Assembly: GCA_028023455.1 (NCBI GenBank)
Contig: JAQFVV010000007.1
Span: 15,686,001-15,750,000, forward strand
Source of the DNA: Epiperipatus broadwayi
Lineage: Eukaryota; Animalia; Onychophora
DNA length: 64,000 bases
Reading direction: 5' to 3'
The position numbers and the translations under genes are program-made. The notes under the pieces were generated by a model that saw only the letters and a list, made by a program, of their open reading frames with translations, made no database searches and was not told the origin of the DNA. Below are positions 25,964 through 38,993 of this stretch, one piece after another; positions within the stretch are counted from its first letter, which is position 1, and each line of letters opens with the position of its first letter.

Positions 25964-27273
25964 TTCTAGAGGAAAACTGAATTAGATGTAAGAAAAGGGT
26001 GGTAAGTGCACTGTTCTAAAAAATTTCAAAAAGCCCCTCACCAATGAAAGCCATAAGCTAGAGGCTAATCTGGAAATATTTGAATTAGAACAGCATCGAG
26101 TAAAGATTATTAAGCACTACCACCTGACTGCTTTTAATTACTAAAGCTTACACTAGTGGAGTAAAAGTAGTGAAGAAAGAAGAATTTGCCAATTAATAGT
26201 AATTTGATGTATTATCAGTTATGTGAAATTTTGATCATATTTTTGAGATTTTTAGAAACTATTACAATTGACAAAATCGATAGATTGGCTAAATGTTTCA
26301 CAGTGTTGTGAGAAGACTGAAGCTTGTTTAGTGTATAGCATAAGTTCTTAATATTTTTTTTTAATTTTCAATATTTTTTGAGTGAGAACGCATCTGCATT
26401 CTCACACACATTTGTATATAGATATACCATTTTTTTAAAAAAATTCATTAGTCAGCAGATAGTAAGGAATCCCAATTAAAAATTAATTTAGTTTGTAAAA
26501 TTCACATCTTCCCTTTTCCATTTTTGAAGCAAATTTTGATATTAGTAATCTTTGTTTATATATCTTCAATTTTTATGCATTTTGGTATGTAAAGGAATCT
26601 CAAATTTATGATATGATTAGATCATATTGTGATAAATTGGTGTTAAGCAATTGAAAACTACCAGAAAATCAATCTATTAAGGTGCTAGTCTGTATAATTA
26701 CCATACCTTTCTTTGGGAATAAAAGTCCATGTATAATTATAACTTCAGTTAAACCATTGGAATTAAAGCTAATTGCAATGACTTTCTCTGAGTTTAATGC
26801 AGATAACTCCAATAATAGTTATAACAGGATCTATGTGATTTAGCACTGTGGTACAGTGTCAAACTCTGGAATGCAGATTCCTAGGATTGATTCTGGTGGT
26901 GGCACTTCTGGTATTCAAACGTCTTATAAACTCTCAAGGAGTTAAGACATTCAAATATTTATTTTATTGAAAGGCAATTTACATTTGCACTTTTAATGGT
27001 AAATCATTTTCAGATATATATTTTTGAATTGCATTTATAAGGAAAAATATTTATATGTTTAGTGTAATACTAAGAAAAGATAATCCCTGAACTACATAGA
27101 ATTTATGTATCATTTTCTGATTGCTTATAAGACCATCATTGCCCAGAATGATTTAGTGCATTGGTAATTATTAAAATATTTTTTATCATGTTACTAGTGA
27201 ACATACACATAAATATATACAAGAAACCAAATGTATTGTTTGTATATATTTTGTTTGTGTATATATATATATA

Positions 27274-27872
27274 TGTCAATAGATGGTGTTCTACCAAAAA
27301 CACCTTCAAGTGCATGTTTACATAAACGTCAGAGCAAGCATTCACTATCTCTAACTTTAATTCCACTTTCAGATCATGATTTCAAGCTATTTGCTATCAT
27401 CAGTGAAAGACAGGAATAAGAAACTAGATCTAAACACAATACTCTGAGCGTTTATGAAACAGTTTCTATTCAGCTTGCAAGCGTGAATCTTTTAGACCTG
27501 TAATGTCTTCAAACTCAGCATAGCAAGCCAGATAGCTATATGGGTCTGATATCAGTTCAGCATCACCACATAGTAGAAGCCTCTGCAATATATATCATTG
27601 CTAGAAAGACCTCAAAGGTACATTTATGAAATAGAAACTTTTTCATAAATGCTCAGAGTTTTGTGTTTAGATCTAGTTTCTTATTCCTGTCTTTCACTGA
27701 TGATAGCAAATAACTTGAAATCATGATCTGAAAGTGGAATTAAAGTTAGAGATAGTGAATGCTTGCTCTGACATTTATGTAAACATACGCTTGGCGGTGT
27801 TTTTGGTAGAACGCTATCTATTGACATAAATACAAGCGTTAGCAAGTTTTTTAACTTGTTTTTTGTTTTTCA
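27274..27872. mobile_element. unclassified foldback element in (TA)n: ~197-bp inverted arms plus a 46-bp asymmetric tail
   Basis: Arms 27274-27471 / 27629-27826; TG...CA ends; (TA)n on both flanks; relative at 47485-47642. Confidence 0.85.
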
Positions 27873-28799
27873 TATATATATATAATTTAAAACACTGTAT
27901 ATTTTAAATGTGTATTGAGAATGTGGCAAACAGTAGCAAGATATGTTGATAATGATCAAGTTATTTTTTGGTTATAATGTTCTGTTGCCTAAAATGTTTT
28001 TTAAAAAAATAAAGATTTAAAATACAGCATAGTAAGTGTACATGTTCGAATATATGAGATCAAATCTAATATGGTAATAAAATTTAATGCACAGTAGGAT
28101 TGCAATGTGCTTTGCATAGATGGTGAATATTATGGATAGTAAATCAATCTATATAATTTATATTTAAACTGTATATAAATAGATTGCGGATATATTTAAA
28201 ATCTAAAAAAACACGATATAATTAAATTAAATTATACAAATGAAGATATTAGCAATTTCTCCTCTGGTTGAAATTAACCCATTGCCTTTTTTCTTTCTTA
28301 ACTTCATCATTTTTTTGTCTTTATATAATGATAATTACTGTTTTAGAAAATAAGCCACTTACTCTGTAAAATATAGCAATGTTATATTATACTACCTGGC
28401 AGTGAATTGAGAATTTCTAAAAATGATAAAATATTTTATACTTTTGCAAAGTGGTATGTCCATTTTAAATCAAGCTGATCACCCATCTCAAAAACCGTTA
28501 GCAAAAAATTATCCAGTGTTTTTGATAATAACCCTGCAAAGATTAAAAGTACATTAAATTTTTTTTAGATCAATCATCTTTTTGACGCAATTAAAACTTC
28601 CATTCCCCACACATTCATGAAATGTATAGCCAAAGATATTGAAAAAAATAAATGATTCCAAATGTGCATTTCATGTTAAATTAACAGTCTTCAGTAGTAC
28701 CAGTTAACAATTATTATACATCTTACATGGAAAAAGAAAGATTAAGCTAATTTATTCTTTTTTTTTTTTAATGTTTAATAATTAAAACCAAATGCATTA

Positions 28800-28932
28800 A
28801 TTCTTAATTGAAGGATTAAAGTTTATATCTGGGCAAGGAATGATATGATAATATCTAGCCTAATAAATGATTAGTCATAATTATTAATATGTTTATCTCA
28901 AGTGGATGGTGCCAAAGTTGTGGGTGCAGACA
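28800..28932 (+). repeat. family B unit fragment without hammerhead
   Basis: ATAATATCTAGCCTAATAAATGATTAGT...GTGGATGGTG is shared with 34585-34720, 57790-57905, 59730-59880 and 53130-53230 (minus). Confidence 0.6.
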
Positions 28933-28936
28933 GTTT

Positions 28937-29269
28937 AACAAGAATAGATAGAAAATGAAATACATGGATGAAATAAAAACAAATAGGTATTACTGAAATC
29001 ATTGAAAGAGTTAGGAGACTGAAGTGCAGGTGGGCTGAACATATTGCTAGAAGAAATAATAATAGATGGGCAGTTGAAATCTTAAACTGTATTCCATGAT
29101 ATTGTAAAAGACCTAAAAAGAGACCACGTGTGAGATGGGTGAATGAAATAGGGAAGTATACTTGGGTGACGTGGAGAAGAGAGGCTAGAGATCAGCGAAG
29201 TTGATTGAAAGTGGAAAGACTTTTATCCTGCAATGGATTAATAATGTTTAAAACTGATGATGACGATGA
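28937..29269 (+). mobile_element. 5'-truncated RTE LINE
   Basis: Matches 50630-50945; (GAT)n-like tail. Confidence 0.85.
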
Positions 29270-29479
29270 GCAATTTAGAATTTTAGCCTCCATATCTTTA
29301 AATATTAAGTCACCCACTATATGCACATACACAAGCATATATGTAAAATGTGTGAAAGGAACTTAAAATATATAGTTTTAATAATTATATGAGTAGTAAA
29401 TAATACTTTGTATCGTATCTTAAAAAAGAAGAGAGCAATAAAAAAACAAAACATTTAAAAAAGTAACGAGAATCTCGGC

Positions 29480-29792
29480 CTCAGGGTGGCCTTTGAGCAT
29501 TCCATCATCAGATTTTTAATTGGATGGACGGTTGAAGAGTTGGAGTATGGAGTGGATTGAAGCCTGTCCATTAAAGTATGAAGATTGGCTATCCTAATAT
29601 ATATCTGAGCACTTATTGCATATGTGTGTGGAGATGATAATCTGGACCAACTGATGATTCCTGATTTAGCATGAAAAACGTTAATTGGTGATTATTTATC
29701 TTTCGACATATATGTGTTCAGGTGTATCAGTGTTATGAGATGGAATGGAGAGTGCTGGCTCGTGTGAAAGTCTGTGCTCATATACCCTATAT
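29480..29792 (+). mobile_element. hammerhead-bearing repeat, family A
   Basis: Colinear with the reverse complements of 61417-61710 and 52320-52623. Confidence 0.85.
29632..29701 (+). ncRNA. type I hammerhead motif, stem II and U16.1 damaged
   Basis: ACCAA-CTGATGA-TTCCTGATTTAGCAT-GAA-AAACGTTA-A-TTGGT. Confidence 0.65.
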
Positions 29793-30084
29793 ATTACATA
29801 TATTGATACAGGTATATAATAAGCATGTATTTCAGTTATTAAGTCTATAAAAGTCAAAAATAAAAATAAAATTTTTTTTGTTATATAAAATTATTTAATG
29901 CGCTTTTTTTCGTCACAATATTTAATATAAATGTGAACACAGACAGATCTTTAAGTAGTTTCATTTAGAAATTTTGTCTCATATATATATGCTGCTATTT
30001 ATTTGACTACTGAGAGAAAGAAAAGGATTGTACAGTAATTGTTTAAAAATATTATTTAATTATTTTGATAAGTCTGAGAAATAT

Positions 30085-30135
30085 TTGGGTTCGCGCCCCG
30101 GATGATGCCACAACATATGAGAAGAAAAAAAAAAT
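30085..30135 (+). mobile_element. tRNA-derived SINE 3' part
   Basis: GGTTCGCGCCCCGG plus A-rich tail, as in 46405-46454. Confidence 0.55.
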
Positions 30136-30195
30136 GCATTTCAATTTTTAACATGCTTGACCGGAAGTTGAAAAATAATTTCTCTTTATATATAT

Positions 30196-31735
30196 ATTTT
30201 TTCAAATAATCTTTATTTGCATAAAAAGTAAAATATACATTGTAATATAGAGTTCATGTTTACGATCATGACTGACACATTAAAGACTAACTAGTTATTA
30301 AATTAGATGAAGATTACAAGATTAAAAGTAAATTACTTATCAGGGGCGATCTAATTTGGCATATAAATCCCATGGCGTGTAAAGTTTGAGTGTCATGAAT
30401 AAATAATATACATGGCTATTGCTAAATATGTAATTGACTCCATGTTTGCTCAGAAAGACTAGGCAGGCATGTTCTTAGATCACTTTCTTTAGCTTTATAT
30501 AATAATTTTAAGAAAATGTCTTCAATAGGATCAGCCAACTCACTATCAAATAATACCTTACATATAATCTTCCATATGATAAAATTTATGAAAGTGGCCA
30601 GTCGGATGGAATGCATCATTAAGATAGACATTTGAAGAATTGTATCCTGTAATTCTCTGTAGGGCAATATTACGTAACCGAGTCCACCATTCACATTGAT
30701 AGAGTATGTGTTCAATGGACTCATCAAATCTTCTACAAAGAGAACATATTGTATTAATGTTGTTTCCCCTCTGATTACAAAGAAACATCCCAGTAGGTAA
30801 GGCTCCAAGATTGACCTTAACCAAAAAATCAACAAACTTTGGCTCCAATTTCAGGAACTTAGTTAGCCTTATGAGACGAGGGATTGCAACTGGGAGAAGA
30901 TTCTCTGTCCTAGATTTACCAGAGTGAACTAATTGATAAGAACTCCAGTATGATATTTTTTCATCAAACATGGAGCTAGAGCTTTTGATGCTATTAAAGA
31001 CAATAGTTAATTGTTGTTGCATCCAGATATAAGAGGGGATGGGCGATCAGTGGGGATTATTTTTTCAAAAGGTATGGGACTTTCTATATTTGCATTGTCT
31101 CTGAAAATTTTAACAAAGACATTGTAAGTCCTCTGTATCAGAAAAATTTTAATCGAGTGCAGTCCTAAACCATTAAGAGATCTTGGTTTTTGCAAGATAT
31201 TAAGACTTATTGCTGGTGTCTTCCCTCCCCAGCACAGCTTTCTGCATAGAGATTCAACCTTGCGGATGAAGCAAATTGTTGGTGAAAAACCAGCTAGATA
31301 ATAAATAATTTTCGGTAAAGTCACAGAATTAAGGAGTGCAACCTTTCCAAACAGAGAAAGATAAATTTTAGATAGTGAAATAACAGTCTTTTCAATCTTT
31401 AAAATTAATGAATTTTCAAGTTCTTTTCTCATGGCTACTGGAGAAGAAGCAGTGCTAAAACCAAGAAATTTCTGCGGGGGAGCTTTTAGTCTACCAGATA
31501 TTTGCTTCCCTGTCAGGATGGACCACATTGCTGACTTTGATCCATTAATTGCCAGGCAAAATTCACATGCAAACTGGTCTAGGAGTTCCTCAAGTCTAGA
31601 GAACTCATTCTGAGATGAAAGAAACACAACCACATCATCCATATAGGAAATATGGCATATGTTCTCTCTCAATAAAGGAATATAAATCCCTGGAAGGAAA
31701 GACTCAATGCTCAACAGCAATGGGTTCACGTAGAT
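30196..31735 (-). mobile_element. 5'-truncated L1/Tx1-clade LINE (RT end, zinc finger, 3' UTR)
   Basis: ORF 31007-31729 has YMDD, SLFGKVALLNS, WGGKTPAISLNILQKP..GLGL; frameshifted ORF 30558-31022 has CSLC..ESIEHILYQC; AATAAA and A-run near 30200. Confidence 0.9.
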
Positions 31736-34467
31736 TGTGAAGAGTAGTGCACTTAGTGGCGATTCCTGAGGGATGGAAACACAAGGCCGAAAGCCGGGAG
31801 CAACTCTCTGTTAATAAAAAAAATTACATATATTGTTATTTTATACATTTTTATTTTTTAAAAAAGTTATTCTATAAGTATGTGTACTTACTATATTTAA
31901 ACTTTTTTAAAAATATCAAATTACAGTTTATAATATTTGAAACATGCTTCCATTCGTCGAGTGTAGAATTAAAAAATGCATTTAGATTGTAAAAATAAAG
32001 AGATGCTTTATAATTAATAAGTTTGTTATTAGTAAAAATTGTGTTTGCTAACCAGTTAAAAGTACCCCCCCCCTTCATATTGTTCAAAGATAACATATTG
32101 AGGTGGAAAAAGAGAAAAGAAGAACAAATTAATATAAAAATAAAAAAAAGTCTTATACTGTTTTTAATTCTAAGTTTATAATGTAATAATAAGTCTTACT
32201 ACAATTTGTAATTTTACTAAACTAATTAAATTTTTTTACTCTCTGTCACAGTTTTTAGATTTCATTCTAAATGTTTTGCGAAACTATATTTCATTATCTT
32301 TTCAATAATTTGCCAATAAAATGACAAATAAATATGCTGTGTAAATATACACGGGTATTGAAAGATAGACAGTTGTCATTTGTCTTTTAAAAAAAGCTGG
32401 AGGAAGCCATAAATTCAACGAGAAAAATATATACCTCAAGGAGTTGAAATATCGAATTGAAGTTTAACATATTTTTTTCTACTGTAGATTTTTTATGCTT
32501 TTTTACTATGTGCCTTTTAACACAGTGATAGTACTATATTAATGTCCTAAAGATATTCTAGAGCATTTATCAGCTGAAAGTAAAAAAAAAAATCTCAGTA
32601 AAACGAATTCATGTATTTATTGTAACTTTTGGATGTTTGAACGTCGTAGATTTTTTAAGCAGCTATTCATAATTATATATTTCATTTTGAATTACTAACG
32701 CTTCATTAGAATATTATCTTTGTTAAGACTGCAGTACATATAAACATTTATCAATCCATACTGAATTTATAAAAAGCGTCTTACAAATCTAAATTGCCCA
32801 CGGATACACCATACATCCTTCTAAGCAATTACTACACACACACAATTATTTATTACACTTGAAGCATTAACTTTCTTTTAGGATAATCTTTTCTTTGTTG
32901 AGATTGCCGTACATATAAATATTTACCCACCACACTGAAATCTCCGTAAATAGGAAATTTATAAAAAATCCATTAAACAAATCTGAATTGCACATAATTC
33001 AAAATATAGTTTTACGACCTAAGATTCTTCTCAAATCAAGTTGGATATTTAATCAAGTCTAGCATCAAAGAATTATGACGTAAAAAATGAGGTTTCAAAC
33101 AAATCCCCTTTTCAAATCTAACCATCAAACCAGTTGGATTTGATTTTTCTAGCTGCAACTTCGCTCTCATTAACAGATTCATGGCAATTCATGATATTTG
33201 TGCATATCTACTTCATAAATATAATTTACCAAACATTGATCTATGTGAATGTGATAAATATAGACCATGAATTATATACATAATGATTGCAGAATCTGTA
33301 GCTACAGTGGTAGTATTGAAGGAATTAATATTGCCACTAATAAATCTCACCTGGTTGGAATCCTTACGGTTTCCTTTATCATATTTGGTTTACAGTTAAA
33401 CTATCTAAAATATTAAAACAAAATCTATATACTAAATAAATAAAAAATTAATAAAGCTTTGTTTTATGTACAATTAATTTGTCTTTTTATTGGGTGGTCC
33501 ATGATTTTATTTACATTCCGTACTGGAATGCAAACTTTTGCCCCCTTTTTTCTTGACAGGGGAGTTGTTTATTTAAATAATAATATTGCTGTCAGTTATA
33601 ATTTTGTCTCTCCCTCCATAATAAATGTACAATCCTATCACATTACTTTGTATAAAATGCCTTTATATGTAGTTATTTTCTTTGATCTTCAAATGTCTCA
33701 ATTATAGTGAGATATCTTGGAGGGGAGAAACAAAGTTGACAGGCATTTAGTTTTATTTGACTTTGTCAAAAAATACATTTTTGCAAAATTATAACTTTTT
33801 TCTTATAATTGTATTTTAAAATAATTTCAATCAAAATATACATTAGAGTAATTAATCTCTTTATATGTCTATAAAGAAAACTAAGAGATTGTTTTGTAGC
33901 TTTTGTTAAAATCAATAAAAAATGAACCTAAATAAAACAGCGGTTGGTATTAATAGAAAAGGAGAATTTAATAAGAATCTATTCTAAAACCATGTTTTTT
34001 TGTTTTGTTATTATTACGCGTGCACACACACAACATTTGATTACTCCTAATAATAAATTTATAGTGTATTTATTTCTTCGAAGATTGCATGTCTCTTAAC
34101 ACCATTGGACTGAGAACAACACAGTAACTTCACCCAATTGATCAAACAGATATACATTTACTTTATTCACATGACAATTGATCCAGGAGCCTTCAGTTTT
34201 TTTGGATTACCCCAATCACCACAAACTAAATTGCGCATTGCGTTATTTCTAATACAGTTAATACAATAATTTGATACATTTATTTAACACATATATAATA
34301 TACTCAAAAATTTCCATTCCTAAATAAAGTATCTGAAAAACACAATTACCTTTTTCAAATGTCTTTGTTCAGGAATGGAAGTTTTAAGTTTATTTGAAAA
34401 AAAAAATAGTACATGTGAAAACATAATAATGATGATGATAATCACCACCACCATGATCAGATGTACT

Positions 34468-35700
34468 CAGGAGTTCATAAGAAGTTCAAGTTTCAAAGTT
34501 GGGAGTAATCCATGGACTTGTAAGATCCACAGTCTATAACTCTATTACAGCAACAAAACATGCAGGTCAAAAAAGGATGAAGCTGAATTAATCTTAAACT
34601 GGATTTAAATGGTAACATCCAGACTATGGATAAAATAATCTCTAGCCTAATGAAAGATTAGTAATAATTATTAATACTTTTATTTAATGTGGATGGTGTT
34701 AAGATATGAGTGTGCATTGTAATAATTTATATATTCAACAAAGATATATATGGAATGCCCCAAAGTCATCGTTATGGTCGTGCCATTGTATTTTCAGAAT
34801 AGGGGAGATTTTCCACTACTATTATCCTACATCATTAGGGCACCCACATCTCACAATAATCCAATAAATATCAGAATAATATATCTATAACTAATTTTCT
34901 GAAATAGATATATATTCCTACAGCAAAATACTTGTTAAATGTTACAGCAACATTTTGATGTTTCCACTTTACCTCATCTTCTTATCTAAAAAACTAGCAA
35001 GAGATCATAATGTCAAACATATTCATCTGAATAAAATCTATGGACCTCGCCCCTTTGCAAATCTATGCACAATTTTAAAAAATCCTATGCTTTACTAACT
35101 CAATAAGTTTGAAAATTCTAATTATTGTTACTTTTTTACATTTAACAACTGTTGGAATTCTGCATGAGTGGCAATTGTTTCTAATGTAGGAACTTTACAT
35201 ATACAATGGTAGAATTGGTGAATTCAATGGATCTATGAGAAAATCTCACTTGTGGTTGGAACTTCTATTGATTTTTTTTTTTATAATTGTGGATAGCTGT
35301 TTAGTAAATATTGTAAATTAAAATCCATATGTTAAATAAATAATTATAATTTCAAAACGAATGTTTATTGATTTTTTTCACATATGCTTGGGCATTTTTT
35401 GCTATTGTTCAATAAAAGTAAACACTGGAGGTAAAAAGAATCTTTTAAATAAAAATTCATGAAAGTATATAATATTTTATTGTAGAAATAAATGGTTGTC
35501 ATATAGTGAAGCTTAGTAAAGAGTTAATTTATATAGTTTCTATCATTTTGGCCAGAAAATATGTAATTTCTGCCAAATACATTTACATTAATGCACGATG
35601 CTCTTTGTGGTTAAGTGCATGGTTGAATGGCACTTTGTGGGGCTCAAGGTCTATCGACTATGGCTTTTATCCCATTGCTTGAACTTCTTATGAACTCCTT
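34468..35700. mobile_element. possible old TIR element
   Basis: GGAGTTCATAAGAAGTTCAAG at 34470 and inverted at 35678-35699; third copy at 22077; no TSD seen. Confidence 0.4.
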
Positions 35701-36009
35701 AGCAATAAACCATTTGATTATTTATTTTAAGTGTCATATTCTAGAAATTAAAAATAAAACGTGTATGTGGTAAAGGTAAGAACGTATATAAAATTACAGT
35801 TAAACACCTACAATTAAAATAAGTTCTTGAGATCAAATTGTTTTTTTTTTTTTAAAAAAAAAAAATTGCCATTAAGAAAATGAGAATAAAACACGAGAAA
35901 TATTGGGTTCCATTTAAATTATTGCAAATATTAGATACATTGTAATAGATTTTTGGATATTTCCATATTAGATGATAGGAAAACTCCATAAAAATCAGTT
36001 ATCAGTTTT

Positions 36010-36320
36010 TAGAAGTGCAAACATCTTACTTATGGATCTGAAGCTTGGATGGAAGAGCAATGCAGAGACTATTACTCATTGAAATATAGAGAGATATGTG
36101 CTAAAATAACAAGAAGGGATTGAAAATGAAATACTTGGGCAAGAGAATAAACAATTATCATTGATATCATCAAAAGAAATGAGTTTGAAATGGAAATGAG
36201 TTTAACATATTGCTAGAAGAGAATATAACAGACAGATAGTTGAATTCTTAAACTGAATACTAAGAAAGTGATCATATGTGAGATGGATGGATGAAATACG
36301 TTTGTTGGTGTGAAGTGGAT
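36010..36320 (+). mobile_element. decayed RTE LINE fragment
   Basis: TATGGATCTGA..., CATATTGCTAGAAGAG..., GTGAGATGGATGGATGAAATA match the RTE C-terminus. Confidence 0.7.
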
Positions 36321-37264
36321 AACCTTTCTGCCGTATCATTTTATTTTATACAATTCCTGGGTGATCATGCAACATTGCCACCAGAAATGACAATTTTAGT
36401 CCTAGATCTCGAGCTCCCAACATTCCACAGCTGTGCTAAACCACGTAGGGCATTTTTGTTTTCAAAATATTTATACTAAAAAAAAAAAAATCCCATCACA
36501 ATTTCCAATAACACCATTTCTTATTTAAAGTAAAATATACTATATTAGCGTAGCTAAAGCTATTGAAATTTAAAACAGAATTAAATCAAGTTCAGCCACT
36601 TGAGGGCTCCACCTGTTTTTTTATTTCATTTTCTATATAGTGAAAATTCGTAGGTATCATTTTAAGGCTCCATCTGTTTATTTTATTTCTGCTTTCTTTG
36701 AGTGTATGTATGTGTGTGTGTGTGATGGGGCGCTTTATTTTTTCATATTTCATTTACCCATTATTTTTTTATATATATTATCAGAGAGCAAGTTGATTAA
36801 AATTTCATAATGTCTTTCAAATAGAAAACTCATTCCATTCTTTCAATCACGCATATAGATTTTTTTAAAGGGATAGAATGTAATTGTAGAAGAGTAATTG
36901 TTAAAATATTTGTTGCATATTAATAACCTGCAAGGTAGAAGACAGTTTAAAATTTATGCTTATATTTTTTAAGGCAGGTAATTCAAACAGATTATGATTC
37001 AATATTAATTTAAAAATAAGCTTTCATTTTTTACTTCATGTTGCTTTTTACAAATTAAATATTGTCATTATTGAAAATTAACTTCTTTTTTATTTTATAA
37101 AAAAAAATATATTTTTTATATTTATATGTAAAGCAATGTTAAAGTAAGCTTTTAAAAATAGCTCGTCACAACTTTCGATGGTACTTAGATATTAGATTTG
37201 CTGCTTGTGTTTGCAATGATAGAATGTTGTACCTTTCTCCAGTGGGGGTGAGGGGTGGGTGGGT

Positions 37265-37419
37265 GGGGGTGCGATGGCAAAATGCCGTATTAAAAAGTCA
37301 AATTTTTAACAATACGCAAAGTATAAATTTATCCACAAAAATTATAACACACACTATGGTATTAAACGAAAACAGGTAGTTATGACTTTTTAATACAGCG
37401 TCTTGTCAACGCAACCCCC
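37265..37419. repeat. small inverted-repeat element with G-run/C-run ends
   Basis: GGGGGTGCGATGGCAAAATGCCGTATTAAAAAGTCA versus TGACTTTTTAATACAGCGTCTTGTCAACGCAACCCCC. Confidence 0.7.
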
Positions 37420-37478
37420 CCCCCCCAATCGGAGAAAGGTATGGCATTCTGCTGTCGCAAATACGGACAGCAAGTCTA

Positions 37479-37556
37479 GCGTTGGCGACCTAGCCCTAGC
37501 GGTTAACGTAGCTGCGTTCCAAGCTGCTGGCCCGGGTTTGCTTCCCTGTCAACGCC
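37479..37556 (+). pseudogene. tRNA-Gly(TCC) pseudogene or SINE head
   Basis: GCGTTGG...GCTGC-GTTCCAA-GCTGC..CCCGGGTTTGCTTCCCTGTCAACGC follows tRNA-Gly(TCC); mismatched anticodon and T stems, CCTAGC duplication, A-tail. Confidence 0.75.
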
Positions 37557-38993
37557 TTGACATGCAAAAAAAAAAAAGTCTAATATGTAAGTACCCTTTC
37601 GATATTTAAATAAATAAATGGATATTTGCAAATTTGAATTAACAGTTTGGTTCAGTAATAGAGTGGTAGGCTCTGAAGTCAAAAGTCCATAATTTCAGCA
37701 TAGTTCTGTTATTTTGACTGTTCTTTTGAACACTTGGAACAATAAGTCATATATCACCATATATTGATTGCTTTTTTTCTGTGGAAATTATCATTGATAT
37801 TGATGGCCACTTGTAAACGATTGTTCTCTTTCTAAAATCAAAAATTAGAAAGAGTAACAATAAAATATTAGAAAGAAAAGAAATGATCAGAGTCTTAATA
37901 TTGTTTTTGTAATTAAAGAAATAGAAATATGGTTGCACAGGTACATAATCCCATTGGTTCAACCCACACCGAGAAATGGTATGAGGCTAGCATATTAGGA
38001 TTAATTTAAGAGAAAATATTAGAAAAATAGTAATTAATATTTTTGAACAATTATTAGTGAATCAAATCAAGTAGATTATATATAACTTCAATTCATCTCC
38101 CATTCATTCATATACTTCTCTTTCTTCAATAAAAGACATTAAAAGTGATACAAACATGGTATCAATGGTGTGATTACTGCCAATATTATTTTCTACAAAA
38201 GCAAAAGCCACATGCTTAATTTTAAAATGAGTATTCAACTCCACCTCTTTTTTATCTGCTTTTATTTAACTTATTCTGATTTTTTAGTTTGCATGTCTAG
38301 ATATGATATTATAACTAATTTTCATTCAATTTTCATCCAATTTCCATCTTCTATTTGAAGCCTTCAATACACATGTATTCCTGGTGGCAGTACAGTTCTT
38401 TTACAGAATTTACAAACAATTTTAACAAAAACTTAATGAAAAATTTATAAAACATTCATGCTAGCAGATTCTAATCACAACAATGATTCATTGAAATGCA
38501 GTGTTAATGCAATTCTCCAATTACATTCAATTGACAATTTTCAGCGTTCCAAGTAAGTTCAGTCTTCCAATTATTTTAAATAAATTAAACCAAAAACATT
38601 AACAAAGTTTTTAAAATATAGACTGTTATTTGCTATTATAGTCATTGGAACAAAAATGAAAACAAGCAAAAATCATCATATTGGAACTGCGACAAAGATC
38701 ATACATAAAACTAAAAAATAGAAAAAAAAAACATTAATAATTTTTTAAAGAAATGCTTTTATTCACATAAATGCACTAAAAGCTCAAAAATAAATTTTCT
38801 TCCACTTTCACAGTTTTCTGAAACTAGGCAACTAAAAATAAAAGCAATGGAGACTACTATTTAGAAATATTCCTAGAATATTTTTGATCGCGTATTATCA
38901 AAAATCATTTAAAAGTAGAAAAAAACATTTTTTATTTTTTTTGGTACATTTATGTCAATAAAAGCTTTATTTTAATATATATTTACACACACA

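Noticed and set aside
27136-27419. ORFs overlapping the foldback arm
   Set aside because: They cross a (TA)n run and a non-coding inverted repeat.
31765-31800. Hammerhead at CTGAGGGA...CCGAAAGCCG
   Set aside because: The core is not CTGANGA, stem II does not close properly and U16.1 is absent.
37479-37556. Functional tRNA-Gly gene
   Set aside because: Mispaired anticodon and T stems, altered T-loop, D-arm duplication and A-tail.
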